Of a DNA stretch of 64,000 nt, positions 22,263 to 34,839 are shown piece after piece (within the stretch, counting starts at the first letter, position 1; every line of letters starts with the position of its first letter). Position numbers and translations under genes: made by a program. The stretch covers positions 9,612,001 to 9,676,000 of the forward strand of contig NC_058383.1 of assembly GCF_018350175.1 (NCBI RefSeq), in the 5' to 3' direction. This DNA is from Felis catus (Eukaryota). The notes beneath the pieces were generated by a model. The model had not been told where the DNA came from and searched no databases. It worked only from the letters and a program-made list of their open reading frames with translations.

Positions 22263-22689
22263 AAGAAAATTAAGTTCTGTGCAACCCCTCTGTTGGTTTC
22301 GGCTCAGGTCATGATCCCAGGGTCATGTGATTGAGACCTATGTCAGGGGCTCAGTGTAGAGCCTGCTTAAGATTTTAAGATTCTCTCTCTCTCTCTCTCT
22401 GGACACCTGGGTGGCTCAGTCAGTTGCACATCAAACTTTGGTTCAGGTAATGATTTTGTGGTTCGAGCGTTCAAGCCCTGCGTCAGGCTCTCCGCTTTTA
22501 GCGAAGAGCCCACTTCGGATCTTCTGTCCCCCTGCCCCCTCTCGGCCCCTCCCTCGCTCGCACTCTCTCTCTCTCTCAAAAGTAAAATAAAACATTAAAA
22601 AAAAAAAGATTCTCTCTCTCTCTCTGCCCCCCCCCCTCCTGCTGGCATGCACTGTCTCTCAAACTAAAAATGAAAAAAAATTAAGCAAC

Positions 22690-24570
22690 AAAGTTTATGG
22701 AGCATCAATTGAGTTGATTCTGAAATAGCAGAGAAATTGCAAACTAGGGGGAACCATGGGCAAGTCTGGAGAACAAAGGAGGAGCTCAACCTTCTACAGA
22801 GAAAAGGAGGAAGTTTCCAGGGATTGTTTGGCACAAAAGTTCGTTGGCGGAAAAGGAGAGCTAGAACTGGGCTGTAGCTTCTTATTGGCTGAAGCTTCTC
22901 ATTGGCTGCAGCTTCTCATTGGCTGCAGGTGAGGGCAGCGTGCAGTTGCTGGGCAGATTGGAAATCTCCCTTCTTCCTGCTGCTCTGTGTGAGTGGTGGT
23001 GCCTCAGTCCTCTCCCTTTGTGCCTCCCCACTCTTTTTTTTTTTTTTTATAAGTAGACTCCACGCTCAACATGGGGTTTGAACTCATGACCCTGAGTTGA
23101 AGAGTCACATGCTATACCGACCAAGACAGCCAGATGTCCCAGCTCCATTTTTGAATGAGATTTTCTTTATTCATTTTCACATTCCCTGCCCCCCCCCCCC
23201 CCCCCCCCCCCGCCTTTTGATCAAGATCTTTCCTCGAAATCATCACTGTTCCAGAGTCAGGCTTTCCGTATCTAGTGGTTTTGTCCCGCACCTTTCCTGA
23301 TCATCATGTTGCATGTCAAAGGGAAAAGTGCATAGCAAATGGAGGCCATTGAAGACCACGTTTGAGTAACAAGGAAAGGTAAGAGAAATAACTCGAGTGT
23401 TCGCCATTTAAAGCCCATATCTTGGGGCGCCTGGGTGGCGCAGTCGGTTAAGCGTCCGACTTCAGCCAGGTCATGATCTCGCGATCTGTGAGTTCGAGCC
23501 CCGCGTCGGGCTCTGGGCTGATGGCTCAGAGCCTGGAGCCTGTTTCCGATTCTGTGTCTCCCTCTCTCTCTGCCCCTCCCCCGTTCATGCTCTGTCTCTC
23601 TCTGTCCCAAAAATAAATAAACGTTGAAAAAAAAATTAAAAAAAAAATAAAGTCCATATCTTATCAAGGTTGTAATCACTAGAGGTCATCTTGAAACTTT
23701 GAGCCAGCATCACCCATGGGGTCCATCATTTCTGCAAAGGGTTTGATGGGCCACAGGTACAAGGCTGAAAAATGACTGTACAAAACAAACGAGGGGCAGC
23801 ATAATAAACCCAATGGTCCTAGATCGGGAGCTAAAACCTGAAGGTAACCAGCTAAAGAGATCAAAAGACCAGGGGTCAGTTAGGCCAGATTTTCTCCTAG
23901 CCCCAAATGAAAAACTGTTCTAAGTTCCAGAGATTACCCCCTTCAGCAATGACCTGGGAGATACCGATGATGGTGTTATCTTTCCAGGCTAATACCAGAG
24001 TTAAGGAATGAATGGGAAGAAGAAAGAGTTTCAGGTTCAAATGATCTTGGGTGGAAGCAGTCTACATCCATATCAGCTGCTTCTCCTTCTAGTCCTTTGA
24101 TGCAGAGGGTCTCCAGTGTTCATATAAGACCAGTTGTCAGGGGGCACCTGGATGGCTCGGTCGGTTAAGCGTTCGACTCTTGATTTCAGTTCAGGTCATA
24201 ATCTCTCAGTTTGTGAGTTCGAGCCCTGCAAGGGGGTCTGCACTGAGGCGTCTGCTTGGGATTCTCTCTTTCCCCTCTCTCTTTGCCCCTACTCCCTCTC
24301 TTACCCTGCTCCCTCTCTCTCCTCTCCAAGGAAATTAATAAACTTAAGGGGAAAAAAAGACCAGCTGTCAGGTGGAGGGCTTCTTTAGCTGAAAGATCTG
24401 TCCCTAAGCTTCAGGTCCCTGGGGTCTGGCTACCATCTAAGCAGTGAGGAGGACCTGGCATAGTCTTTTTCAAGGAGGCTCAAGGGAAGTCTTTGTTCCT
24501 AGTGATTCCACATCAGAAGGGTGGGATAAAATTGGAAATGTTATTTGGGAGAGTCATAGCCAGATATATA
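22690..24570 (-). mobile_element. Degenerate ERV: LTR (about 22690-23170) and internal sequence, apparently continuing at about 33545-34830
   Basis: Repeated CCAAT boxes with decayed TATA and polyA signals on the minus strand; adjoining non-coding ERV-internal-like sequence is split by the SINE/L1 insertions. Family assignment by eye. Confidence 0.55.
23423..23650 (+). mobile_element. Young felid Can-SINE
   Basis: TSD AAAG(C/T)CCATATCTT. Confidence 0.95.
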
Positions 24571-24584
24571 TTTTTTAAATTTAT

Positions 24585-27500
24585 TTTTTTTTAAATTTAC
24601 ATCCATGTTAGCTAGCATCTAGTGTAACAATGATTTCAGGAGTAGATTCCTTAGTGCCCCTTCCCCATTTAGCCCATCCCCCCTCCCACAACCCCTCCAG
24701 TAACCCTCTGTTTGTTCTCCATATTAATGAGTCTCTTCTGTTTTGTCCCCCTCCATGTTTTTATATTATTTTTATTTCCCTTCCCTTATGTTCCTCTGTT
24801 TTGTCTCTTAAAGTCCTCATATGAGTGAAGTCATATGATTTTTGTCTTTCTCTGACTGACTGATTTCACTTAGCATAATACCGTCCAGTTCCATCCACGT
24901 AGTTGCAAGTGGCAAGATTTCATTCTTTTTGATTGCCGAGTAATACTCCATTGTGTATATAGACCACATCTTCTTTATCCATTCATCCATCAATGGACAT
25001 TTGGGTTCTTCCCATACTTTGGCTATTGTTGATAGTGCTGCTATAGACATGGAGGTGCATGTGCCCCTTCAAAACAGCGTATCTGTATCCCTTGGATAAA
25101 TACCTAGTAGTGCAATTGCTGCGTCATAGGGTAGTTCTATTTTTAATTTTTTGAGGAAATTTCATACTGTTTTCCAGAGTGGCTGCACCAGTTTGCATTC
25201 CCACCAGCAATGCAAACGAGATCCTCTTTCTCCGCATCCTCGCCAACATCTGTTGTTGCCTGAGTTGTTCATGTTAGCCATTCTGACAGGTGTCAGGTGG
25301 TATCTCATTGTGGTTTTGATTTGTAGTTCCCTGATGATGAGTGATGTGGAGCATTTTTTCATGTGTCGATTGGCCATCTGGATGTCTTCTTTGGAGAGTG
25401 TCTACTCATGTCTTTTGCCCATTTCTTCACTGGATTATTTGGTTTTTGGATGTTGAGTTTGATAAGTTCTCTATAGATTTTGGATACTAACCCTTTATGT
25501 GCTATGTCATTTGCAAATATCTTCTCCCATTCTGTCGGTTGCCTTTTAGTTTTGCTAATGGTTTCCTTTGCTGTGCAGAAGCTTTTTATTTTGATGAGGT
25601 CCCAATAGTTCATTTTTGCTTTTGTTTCCCTTGCCTCTGGGGACGTGTTGAGTAAGAAGTTGCTGTGGCCAAGGTCAAACAGGATTTTGCCTGCGTTCTC
25701 CTCAAGGAGTTTGATGGCTTCCTGTCTTACATTGACATCTTTCATCCATTTTGAGTTTTTGTGTGTGGTGTAAGAAAGTGGTCCAGGTTCATTCTTCTGC
25801 ATGTCGCTGTCCAGTTTTCCCAGCACCACTTGCTGAAGAGGCTGTCTTTCTTCCATTGGATATTCTTTCCTGCTTTGTCAAGGACTAGTTGGCCATACGT
25901 TTGTGGGTCCATTTCTGGGTTCTCTATTCTGTTCCACTGATCTGAGTGTCTGTTTTTGTGCCAGTACCGTACTGTCTTGATTACAGCTTCGTAATACAGC
26001 TTGAAGTCTGGGATTGTGATGCCTCCAGCTTTGGTTTTCTTTTTCAAGATTGCTTTGGCTGTTCGAAGTCTTTGTTGGTTCCATACAAATTTTGGGATTG
26101 TTTGTTCTAACTCTGTGAAGAATGCTGGTGTTATTTTGATAGGTATTGCATTGAATATGTATACTGCTTTGGGTAATATTTACATTTTAACAATATCTGT
26201 TCTTCCCATCCAGGAGCATGGGATACTTTTCCTTTTTTTGTGTGTCTTTTTCAATTTCCTTCATAAGCTTTCTATAGTGTATAGATTTTTCACCTCTTTG
26301 GTAAGGTTTATTCCTAGGTATTTTATGGGTTTTGGTGCAATTGTAAATGGAATTGATTCCTTGATTTCTCTTTCTGTTGCTTCATTATTGGTGTATAGGA
26401 ATGCAACCAATTTCTCTGCACTGATTTTATATCCTGTGACTTTACTGAATTCATGGATCAGTTCTAAAAGTTTTTTTGGTGGAATTTTTTGGTTTTCCAT
26501 ATAGAATATCATGTCATCTGTGAAGAGTGAAAGTTTGACCTCCTCCTGGCCGATTTGGATGCCTTTTATTTCTTTGTGTTGTCTGATTGGTGAGGCTAAG
26601 ACTTCCAATACTATGTTAACTAACAGTGGCAAGAGTGGACATCCCTGTCTTGTTCCTGACCTTAGGGGGGAAGCTCTCAGTTTTTCCCCATTGAGGATAA
26701 TATTAGTGGTGGGTCTTTCATATATGGCTTTTATGATCTCGAGTCATGATCCTTCTATCCCTACTTTCTTGAGGGTTTTTATCAAGAAAAGATGCTGTAT
26801 TTGTCAAATGTTTTCTCTGCATCTATTGAGAGGATCATGTGGTTCTTGTCTTTTCTTTTATTGATGTGATGAATCACATTGATGGTTTTGCGGATATTGA
26901 ACCAGCCCTTCATCCCAGCCCTAAATCCCACTTGGTCGTGGTGGATCATTTTTTTCATGTATTTTTGGATCTGGTTGGCTAATATCTTGTTGAGGATTTT
27001 TGCATCCATGTTCATCAGGGAAATTGGTCTATAGTTCTCTTTTTTAGTGCAGTCTTTTCTGGTTTTGGAATCAACGTAAATGCTTGTTTCATAGAAAGAG
27101 TTTGGAAGTTTTCCTTCGATTTCTATTTTTTGGAACAGCTTCAAGAGAATAGGTGTTAACTCTTCCTTAAATGTTTGATAGAATTCCCCTGGAAAGCCAT
27201 CTGGCCCTGGACTCTTGTTTTTTGGCAGATTTTTGATTACTAATTCGATTTCCTTACTGGTTATGGGTCTGTTCAAATTTTCTATTTCTTCCTGTTTCAG
27301 TTTTGGTAGTGTATATGCTTCTAGGAATTTGTCCATTTCTTCCAGATTACCCATTTTATTGGCATATAATTGCTCATAATATTCTCTTATTATTGTTTGT
27401 ATTTCTGCTGTGTTGGTTGTGATCTCTCCTCTTTCATTCTTGATTTGATTTATTTGGGTCCTTTCCTTTTTCTTCTTGATCAAACTGGCTAGTGGTTTAT

Positions 27501-28758
27501 CAATTTTGTGAATTCTTTCAAAGAACTAGCCACTGGTTTCATTGATCTGTTCTACTGTTTTTTTGATTTCGATAGCATTAATTTCTTCTGTAATCTTTAT
27601 TATTTCCTGTCTTCTGCTGGTTTGGGGTTTTATTTGCTGTTCTTTTTCCAGCTCTTTAAGGCGTAAATTAAATCTTGTGTATCTGAGATCTTTCTTCCTT
27701 CTTTAGGAAGGCCTGGATTGCTATATACTTTCCTCTTATGACCGCCTTTGCTGCGTCCCAGAGGTTTTGGGTTGTGGTGTAATCATTTTCATTGACTTCC
27801 ATATACTTTTTAATTTCCTCTTCAACTGCTTGGTTAGCCCATTCATTCTTTAGTAGGAGGTTCTTCAGTCTCCAAGTATTTGTTACCTTTCCAAATTTTT
27901 TCCTGTAGTTGATTTCGAGTTTCATAGCGTTGTGGTCTAAAAATATGCACGGTATGATCTTGATCTTTTTGTACTTACTTAGGGCTGATTTGTGTCCCAG
28001 TATATGGTCTATTCTGGAGAATGTTCCATGTGCACTGGAGAAGAATGTACATTCTGCAGGTTTAGGATGAAATGTTCTGAATATATCTGTTAAGTCCGTC
28101 TGGTCCAGTGTGTCATTTAAAGCCATTGTTTCCTTGTTGATTTTTTTGATTAGATGATCTGTTCATTGCTGTGAGTGGGGTGTTGAAGTCTCCTTCAACT
28201 ATTGTGTGAAAGGGTGCTGTGAGTGGGGGTGTTGAAATACTATTATGGTATTACTGTCGATGAGTTTCTTCATGTTTGTGATTAATTGATTTATATATTT
28301 GGGTGCTTCACATTTGGCACATAAATGTTTACAATTGTTAGGTCTGCTTGGTCTATAGACCCCTTGATTATGATATAATGCCCTTCTGCATCTCTTGATA
28401 CAGTCTTTGTTTTAAAGTCTAGATTGTCTGATATAAGTATGGCTACTCTGGCTTTCTTTTGTTGACCATTAGCATGATAGATGGTTCTCCATCGCCTTAC
28501 TTTCAATCTGAAGGTGTCTTTAGGTCTAAAGTGGGTCTCTTGTAAACAGCATATAAATGGATCTTGTTTTCTTATCCATTCTGTTACCCTATGTCTTTTG
28601 ATTGGAGCATTGAGTCCATTGATGTTTAGAGTGAGTACTGAAAGATATGAATTCATTGCCATTATGATGCTTGTAGAGTTGGAGTTTCTGGTGGTGTTCT
28701 CTGGTCCTTTCTAATCTTTTTTTGCTTTTGGTATTTATTTGTTTATATATACATATAC

Positions 28759-28804
<46 letters not shown>

Positions 28805-31800
28805 GTATATATATATATTTTTTTTTCATCCTTTCTTCCCTCAGAAAGTCCCCCTTAAAATTTCTTGCAGAGCTGGTTTAGCGGTCACGAACTCCTTTAA
28901 TTTTTGTTTGTCTGGGAAACTTATCTCTCCTTCTATTTTGAATGACAGTCTTGCTGGATAAAGAATTCTTGGCTGCATATTTGTCCAAATCAGCATATTG
29001 AATATATCCCGCCACTCCTTTCTGGCCTGCCAAGTTTCTGTGGCTATGTCTGCTGCAAACCTGATCTTCTTCCCTTATAGGTTAGGGACTTTTTTTCCCT
29101 TGCTGCTTTCATGATTCTTTCCTTGCCTGAGTATTTTGTGAATTTGACTATGATATGCCTTGTTGATGGTCGGTTTTTGTTGAATCTAATGGGAGTCTTC
29201 TGTGCTTCCTGGATTTTGATGTCTGTGTCTTTCCCCAGGTTAGGAAAGTTTTCTGCTATGATTTGCTCACATAACACTTCTACCCCTATTTCTCTCTCTT
29301 CCTCTTCTGGGACCCGTATGATTCTGATGTTGTCCCTTTTTAATGAGTCACTGATTTCTCTAATTCTTAAATCGTGCTCTTTTGCCTTAATCTCCCTCTT
29401 TTTTTCTACTTCATTATTCTCTATAACTTTGTCTTCTACATCACTGATTCTCTGTTCTGCCTCATCCATCCTTGCCACCGCTGCATCCATCCGTGATTAC
29501 AGCTCAGTTATAGCATTTTTTATTTCATTCTGGCTATTTTTTATTTCTTTTATCTCTGCAGAAAGGGATTCTAATCTATTTTCGACTCCAGCTAGTATTC
29601 TTAGTATTGTGATTCTAAATTCTGGTTCAGACATCTTGCTTGTATCTGTGTTGGTTAAATCCCTGGCTGTCGTTTCTTCGTGCTCTTTCTTTTGGGGTGA
29701 ATTCCTTCATTTTGTCATTTTGAAAGGAGAAAAGGAATTAATGAGGTAGAGAAATTGAAATTAAAAAAATTAAAATTAAAAAATATTAAAATTAAAAATT
29801 AAACAGACACACACACAAATCGAATAGATGATGCTAGATCCTAGGTGTGTTTTGGTCTGGGTGTTGAAAGTAGTTTGACAGATTAGAGAAAAAAAAGGGG
29901 GGGGAGAAAAAAAAGGAAATCGTTTGAGAATTTGAAAAAGTGAATACATTGAAGTAGATTAAAATGAGATGATGGTGGTAAAATGGAATTTGAAAAAAAT
30001 GTACACAAAAGTAAAGAATATAGTAGAAAATAATTAAAGAAAAATATTTTTAATAAAAATTAAAAGTAAATATGAACTTTTTCGTTTTCTGTACTTAAGA
30101 AAAAAGAAAAGAAGTGAAAAAGAGAAAAAAGAAAAAAAGAAATCATTTGAAAATTTAAACTAGTGAATGCACTGTAGTAGACTAAAATAAAATGATGGAA
30201 GTAAAATAGAATTTGAAAAAATTTACATAAAAGCAAAAAGCATAGTAATAAAAAATAAAAATATTTTAATAGAAATTGAAAGTAAAAATGAAGTTTTTCT
30301 CTTTCTGCATTCAAGAAAAAGAAAAGAAATGAAAAAGAGAAAAAAGGAAAAGAAGGAAAAAAAAGGAAATTGTTTGAAAATTTGAAAAGGTGAGTACACT
30401 GAAGCAGACTAAAGTAAAATGATGGAAGTACAGTCGAATTTGAAAATTTTTACACAAAAGTAAAAAATATAGTAATAAAAATTAAAGAAATATATTTTTA
30501 ATAAAAATTCAAAATCAAAATGAATTTTTTCTCTTTCTGTATTCAAGTAAAAGAATTGTAAAAGGGAAAAAGGAAAACAAAGAAAAAACTGAATAGATGA
30601 CAATTTGCTAACAAATTGAAGTAGGACTGAACTTGCTTCCTTTTCCCCTAGAAGTCAGTCTATGTAGCCCTTTATAGTCCATAAATTAAGTCAGCAGTGA
30701 CACTTGTGTTCTTGAAGAGCGAAGTTGGCCCAGTTGGGTGGGGCTCAGTGTAACAGCTCCGCTCTCCACTAGATGGCGCTGTTAGCCTACTGGGATGGCT
30801 TGTTGCAGCGCTCGTAGGTGCATATGCGCATGTGCGGGAGCGGTGAAAATGGCGCCACCCGGCTACCGGGTCTGTTCTCCTGGATCAGCAATCGTGTGCC
30901 CATCCTCTATCATCAGCTCTCCTCCACTCCCTGCTTTTTCGCTCTCCGTGACCAGGCTCCAGGCAGTACCTCTCTCCCGAGTTTTGTCTCATATGTGACT
31001 GTTTTCCCCGGCCCCTTACTCCTGAAGGACTGCGGCCTTGACCCGTTCCGCCCCTCTGTGGGAGGGTCTCACCGAGCAACTGCCGAATGAGCAATGGCTG
31101 AATATCAGCTGCACCCAGGAACGTCCGCTGGACCCTGTTGTTGCCGGTGCCTCGAGACTGTGGCCAGGTGCCAGCCCACTCCAGAAAAAGTTCGCAAGAC
31201 AGTGTAGCAGCAGCGTTTCAGGGATTGTGGGAAATCACAACACGCACCTGGAACCAGGCTTCCCCCTTAACAAGGGTGCTTGTTCCAGCACCAGCGAATG
31301 TGGCCGTTTTCTGGGGTCTGCTGGGATCAGGGGGCTTCCACAGTCTCTACCAAATGTCCTTCCAGCAGTGGAACTGCTTTACCCCATGTGGCCTGAGAAC
31401 CTCCCGGACCCCACTCTGCTCCTGGGGGTTCACTCTTCCCACCAGAGCACCGCCAGGTAGGGAGCTGCGGAGCTGCAGCCTTTGCGTTCCCCTTGTTTAC
31501 AGTCTTAATGGCATTTAAACCCTCTCCTTTCTCCTTTCTCTTTTCTCCCTTTTTAGTTTAGTCCCTGCAGCTGTTTCCAATATTCCACCTTCTCTCTAGC
31601 TGCTTTTGGGGAGGAGTGCTTTTCCCGTATTCTCCCCCTGTCCCCGGTCTCCGTCCTCTCTCCACCCGCAAAATTGGTTCCCTACTTTTGCGGCTTCTCG
31701 CTCCCCACGTTCAGCTCTCTGCGCTGCGTACCTGCTGAATTCTGTGGTTCAGATTGTGCAGATTGTTGTGTTAATCCTCCAATCAGTTTTCTAGGTGTGT

Positions 31801-31890
31801 AGGATGGTTTAGTGTTGGTCTGGCTGTATTTCATGGATGCGAGACTCACAAAAAGTTTCCATGCTATTCCGCCATCTTAACCCCTCCCCC
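24585..31890 (-). mobile_element. Full-length felid-type LINE-1, inactivated
   Basis: CpG-rich 5' UTR with YY1-like AAGATGGC at 31871-31878. ORF1 starts at 29718 (ATG ACA AAA TGA, immediate stop; coiled-coil fragment 29044-29490). ORF2 starts at 28662 (MAMNSYLSVLTLNINGLNAPIKR, endonuclease), with RT motifs (PGPDGF, YRPISL, LFTDDM), a C-terminal Cys/His region, several frameshifts, 3' UTR and A-tail. Confidence 0.95.
29920..30590 (-). repeat. Three tandem ~225-bp AT-rich units inside the L1 5' UTR
   Basis: Units start at about 29922, 30145 and 30372, each with TTTGAAAA...GTAGA(C/T)TAAA...GATG...GAATTTGAAAA...TCTG(T/C)A(C/T)T(T/C)AAG. Confidence 0.85.
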
Positions 31891-32126
31891 GTTTGTTCTC
31901 CATATTTATGAGTCTCTTATGTTTTGTTTCCCTCCATGTTTTTATATTATTTTTGTTTCCCTTCCCTTATGTTCCTCTGTTTTGTCTCTTAAAGTCCTCA
32001 TATGAGTGAAGTCATATGATTTCTGTCTTTCTCTGACTGATTTCACTTAGCGTAATACCCTCTAGTTCCATCCACAAAGTTTCAAATGGCAAGATTTCAT
32101 TCTTTTTGATTGCCGAGTAATACTCC

Positions 32127-32177
<51 letters not shown>

Positions 32178-33166
32178 ATACACACACCACATCTTCTTTA
32201 TCCATTCATCCATTGATGGACATTTGGGCTCTTCCCATACTTTGGCTATTGTCGAAAGTGCTGCTATAAACATGGGGGTGCATGTATCTCTTTGAAACAG
32301 CACACCTGTATCCCATGGATAAATACCTAGTAGTGCACTTCCTGGGTCATAAGCTAGTTCTATTTTTAATTTTTTGAGGAACCTCCACACTGTTTTCCAG
32401 AGTGGCTGCACCAGCTTGCATTCCCACCAGGAGTGCAAGAGATTCTCTTTCTCCACATCCTCACCAACATCTCTTGTTGCCTGAGTTGTTCATGTTAGCC
32501 ATTCTGGCAGGTGGTTTTGATATTTATTTCCCTGATGATGAGTGATGTTGAGCAGTTTTTCATGTGTCGGTTGGCCATCTGGATGTCTTCTTTGCAGAAG
32601 TGTCTACTCATGTCTTTTGCCCATTTCTTTGCTGGATTATTTGGTTTTGGGGTGCTGAGTTTGATCAGTTCTTTATAGATTTTGGATACTAACCCTTTAT
32701 CTGATATGTCGTTTGCAAATATCTTCTCCCATTTCATTGGTTGCCTTTTACTTTTGCTGATTGTTTCCTTCGCTGTGCAGAAGCTTTTTATCTTGATGAG
32801 GTCCCAATAGTTCATTTTTGCTTTTGTTTCCCTTGCCTCCAGAGACATGTTGAGTAGGAAGTTGCTGCGGCCAAGATCAGAGAGGTTTTTGTCTGCTTTC
32901 TCCTTGAGCATTTTGATGGCTTCCTGTCTTACATTGAGGTCTTTCATCCATTTTGAGTTTTTGTGTGTGGTGTAAGAAAATGGTCCAGGTTCATTCTTCT
33001 GCATGTCGCTGTCCAGTTTTCCCAGCACCACTTGCTGAAGAGGCTGTCTTTCTTCCATTGGATATTCTTTCCTACTTTGTCAAAGACTAGTTGGCCATAC
33101 GTTTGTGGGTCCATTTCTGGGTTCTCTGTTCTGTTCCATTGATCTGAGTGTCTGTTTTTGTGCCAG
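31891..33166 (-). mobile_element. Second L1 fragment (ORF2 C-terminus + 3' UTR lacking its last ~130 nt) abutting the 5' end of the full-length L1
   Basis: ORFs 32495-33058 and 32097-32456 are L1 ORF2 C-terminal sequence; its 3' UTR stops at the point equivalent to 24710. Confidence 0.92.
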
Positions 33167-34839
33167 AGAGAGAATCATTTTTTTTAATTTTTCTTTTTTT
33201 AATGTTTATTTATTTTTGAGAGAGAGAGAGAATGAATGGGGGAGGGACAGAGGGAGAGGGGACACAGAATCTGAAGTAGGCTCCAGGCTCTGACCTGTTG
33301 GCACAGAGCCCAACACGGGGCTCAAACCCATGAACCATGAGATCATGACATGAGTGTAAGTCAGATGCTTAACTGACTGAGCCACCCAGGCACCGAGAGA
33401 GAGAGAGAGAGAAGAGAGATCTTAAGCAGGCTCCAGACTCAGAGCAGAGCCCAGCGCGGGGCTTAATCCCACAACCCTGGGATAATGACCTGAGCTGAAA
33501 TCAAGAGTCGGACACTTACCCAAATGAGTCACCCAAGCACCCCAATATCTCCATTTTTATAAGTAGAACAAATCCTTTGAGATGTTCCAGAGACCCTCTG
33601 GAAAAACTCAAAGTTAACTCAAGGTCGAAAAGACTATATTTAGAATTTGATTTTGGGAAATTTGTCAAAATATCAAAAGGTTTTAAAACACAAGGTCAAT
33701 AGAATCACAGGTCACTATAAAACAACACTTAGTTATCCATTTAACCATGGTGACAATAGATGTTAAAAGCAAATTTAGAAAGTCACATAGTGCTGAGCAA
33801 AAACTTAGATGTTTTAATATCTAGAACACTCAGTTTACTTAAGTAATCAAGAACTAGATAAAGACAGCAAACAGGACATTATTTTGATGAAACCCCCCCT
33901 CCCCCTTTTTCTTTTGAGGCAGGTTACTTCAAAAGGTAAAGAAAAGCCCTTTACAATATCTTATCAAAAGCAGACCAATAATCTGAGAAAACTTTGTCCT
34001 TTCAGAAGATTAAAAAAAATTAAGGTTTACTTTTATATATGTACACTATTGATATTAAAGCTTATTTTTAAAACCCTTATTACAAAGTTATTTAACCTTA
34101 TCTAACTGGATCATAATGAAAGTCTTTTCCTGAGACTCCTTTTCCACAAATCTTCTACAACTTGCTATGTTTATTTTAGTTTGTCTCTTTTCTGTTTCCC
34201 TGAGAAATTCCCACCTCTACTTTAAGACAAAATCACTTTTATTTCCCTCAACAAAAATGCATCTCCATACCTCATACGTTTTATAACAACAGCAAAAATG
34301 CTTACTTTCCTGGCCTACTGAATTCTTTCCCTTATTACTTCTAGGTAATTAACTAGAATTAGAATTAGAATTATTAGAGTTAGGATTATTAACTCTTAGA
34401 ATTAGAGTTAATTAGAATTCTTAACCCTTAGGAACCTGAATTTCTAGTGAACAATTAAATAAATAATTGTGAACTATCTGTTACATCAGCATATTTTAGG
34501 TTGGCACTTCTACAAATACATTTCATAACATCTAGAACACATGCTTCCTCATACTATAAGTTTTCAATGCGGCATGAAACATATTTACTGATAGATCCAA
34601 ATATCTTGAGTTTCTCTATAATTATAAGCAAGAAGTAGATAAAGCTATGTGCAGTAATTAATGTTTTATCATTCTATACTATTTGGAAATGATATGGATA
34701 TTCAATGAATTTAACTCAACTCATCATTTCATTCAATGTACCAAAACTTTAAGATTTCAAGTTACTAAATCGATTTGGAAAAACTATTTTAAAAGTTTAC
34801 CCAAAAACATTTTACCCTACGCATGTCTTTTTGTTTTTA

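Noticed and set aside
28168..28237. Duplicated GCTGTGAGTGGGG(G)TGTTGAA with filler sequence in L1 ORF2
   Set aside because: A local repair or slippage scar inside a dead L1.
29111..29749. 212-aa hydrophobic + strand ORF
   Set aside because: It is the antisense shadow of L1 ORF1.
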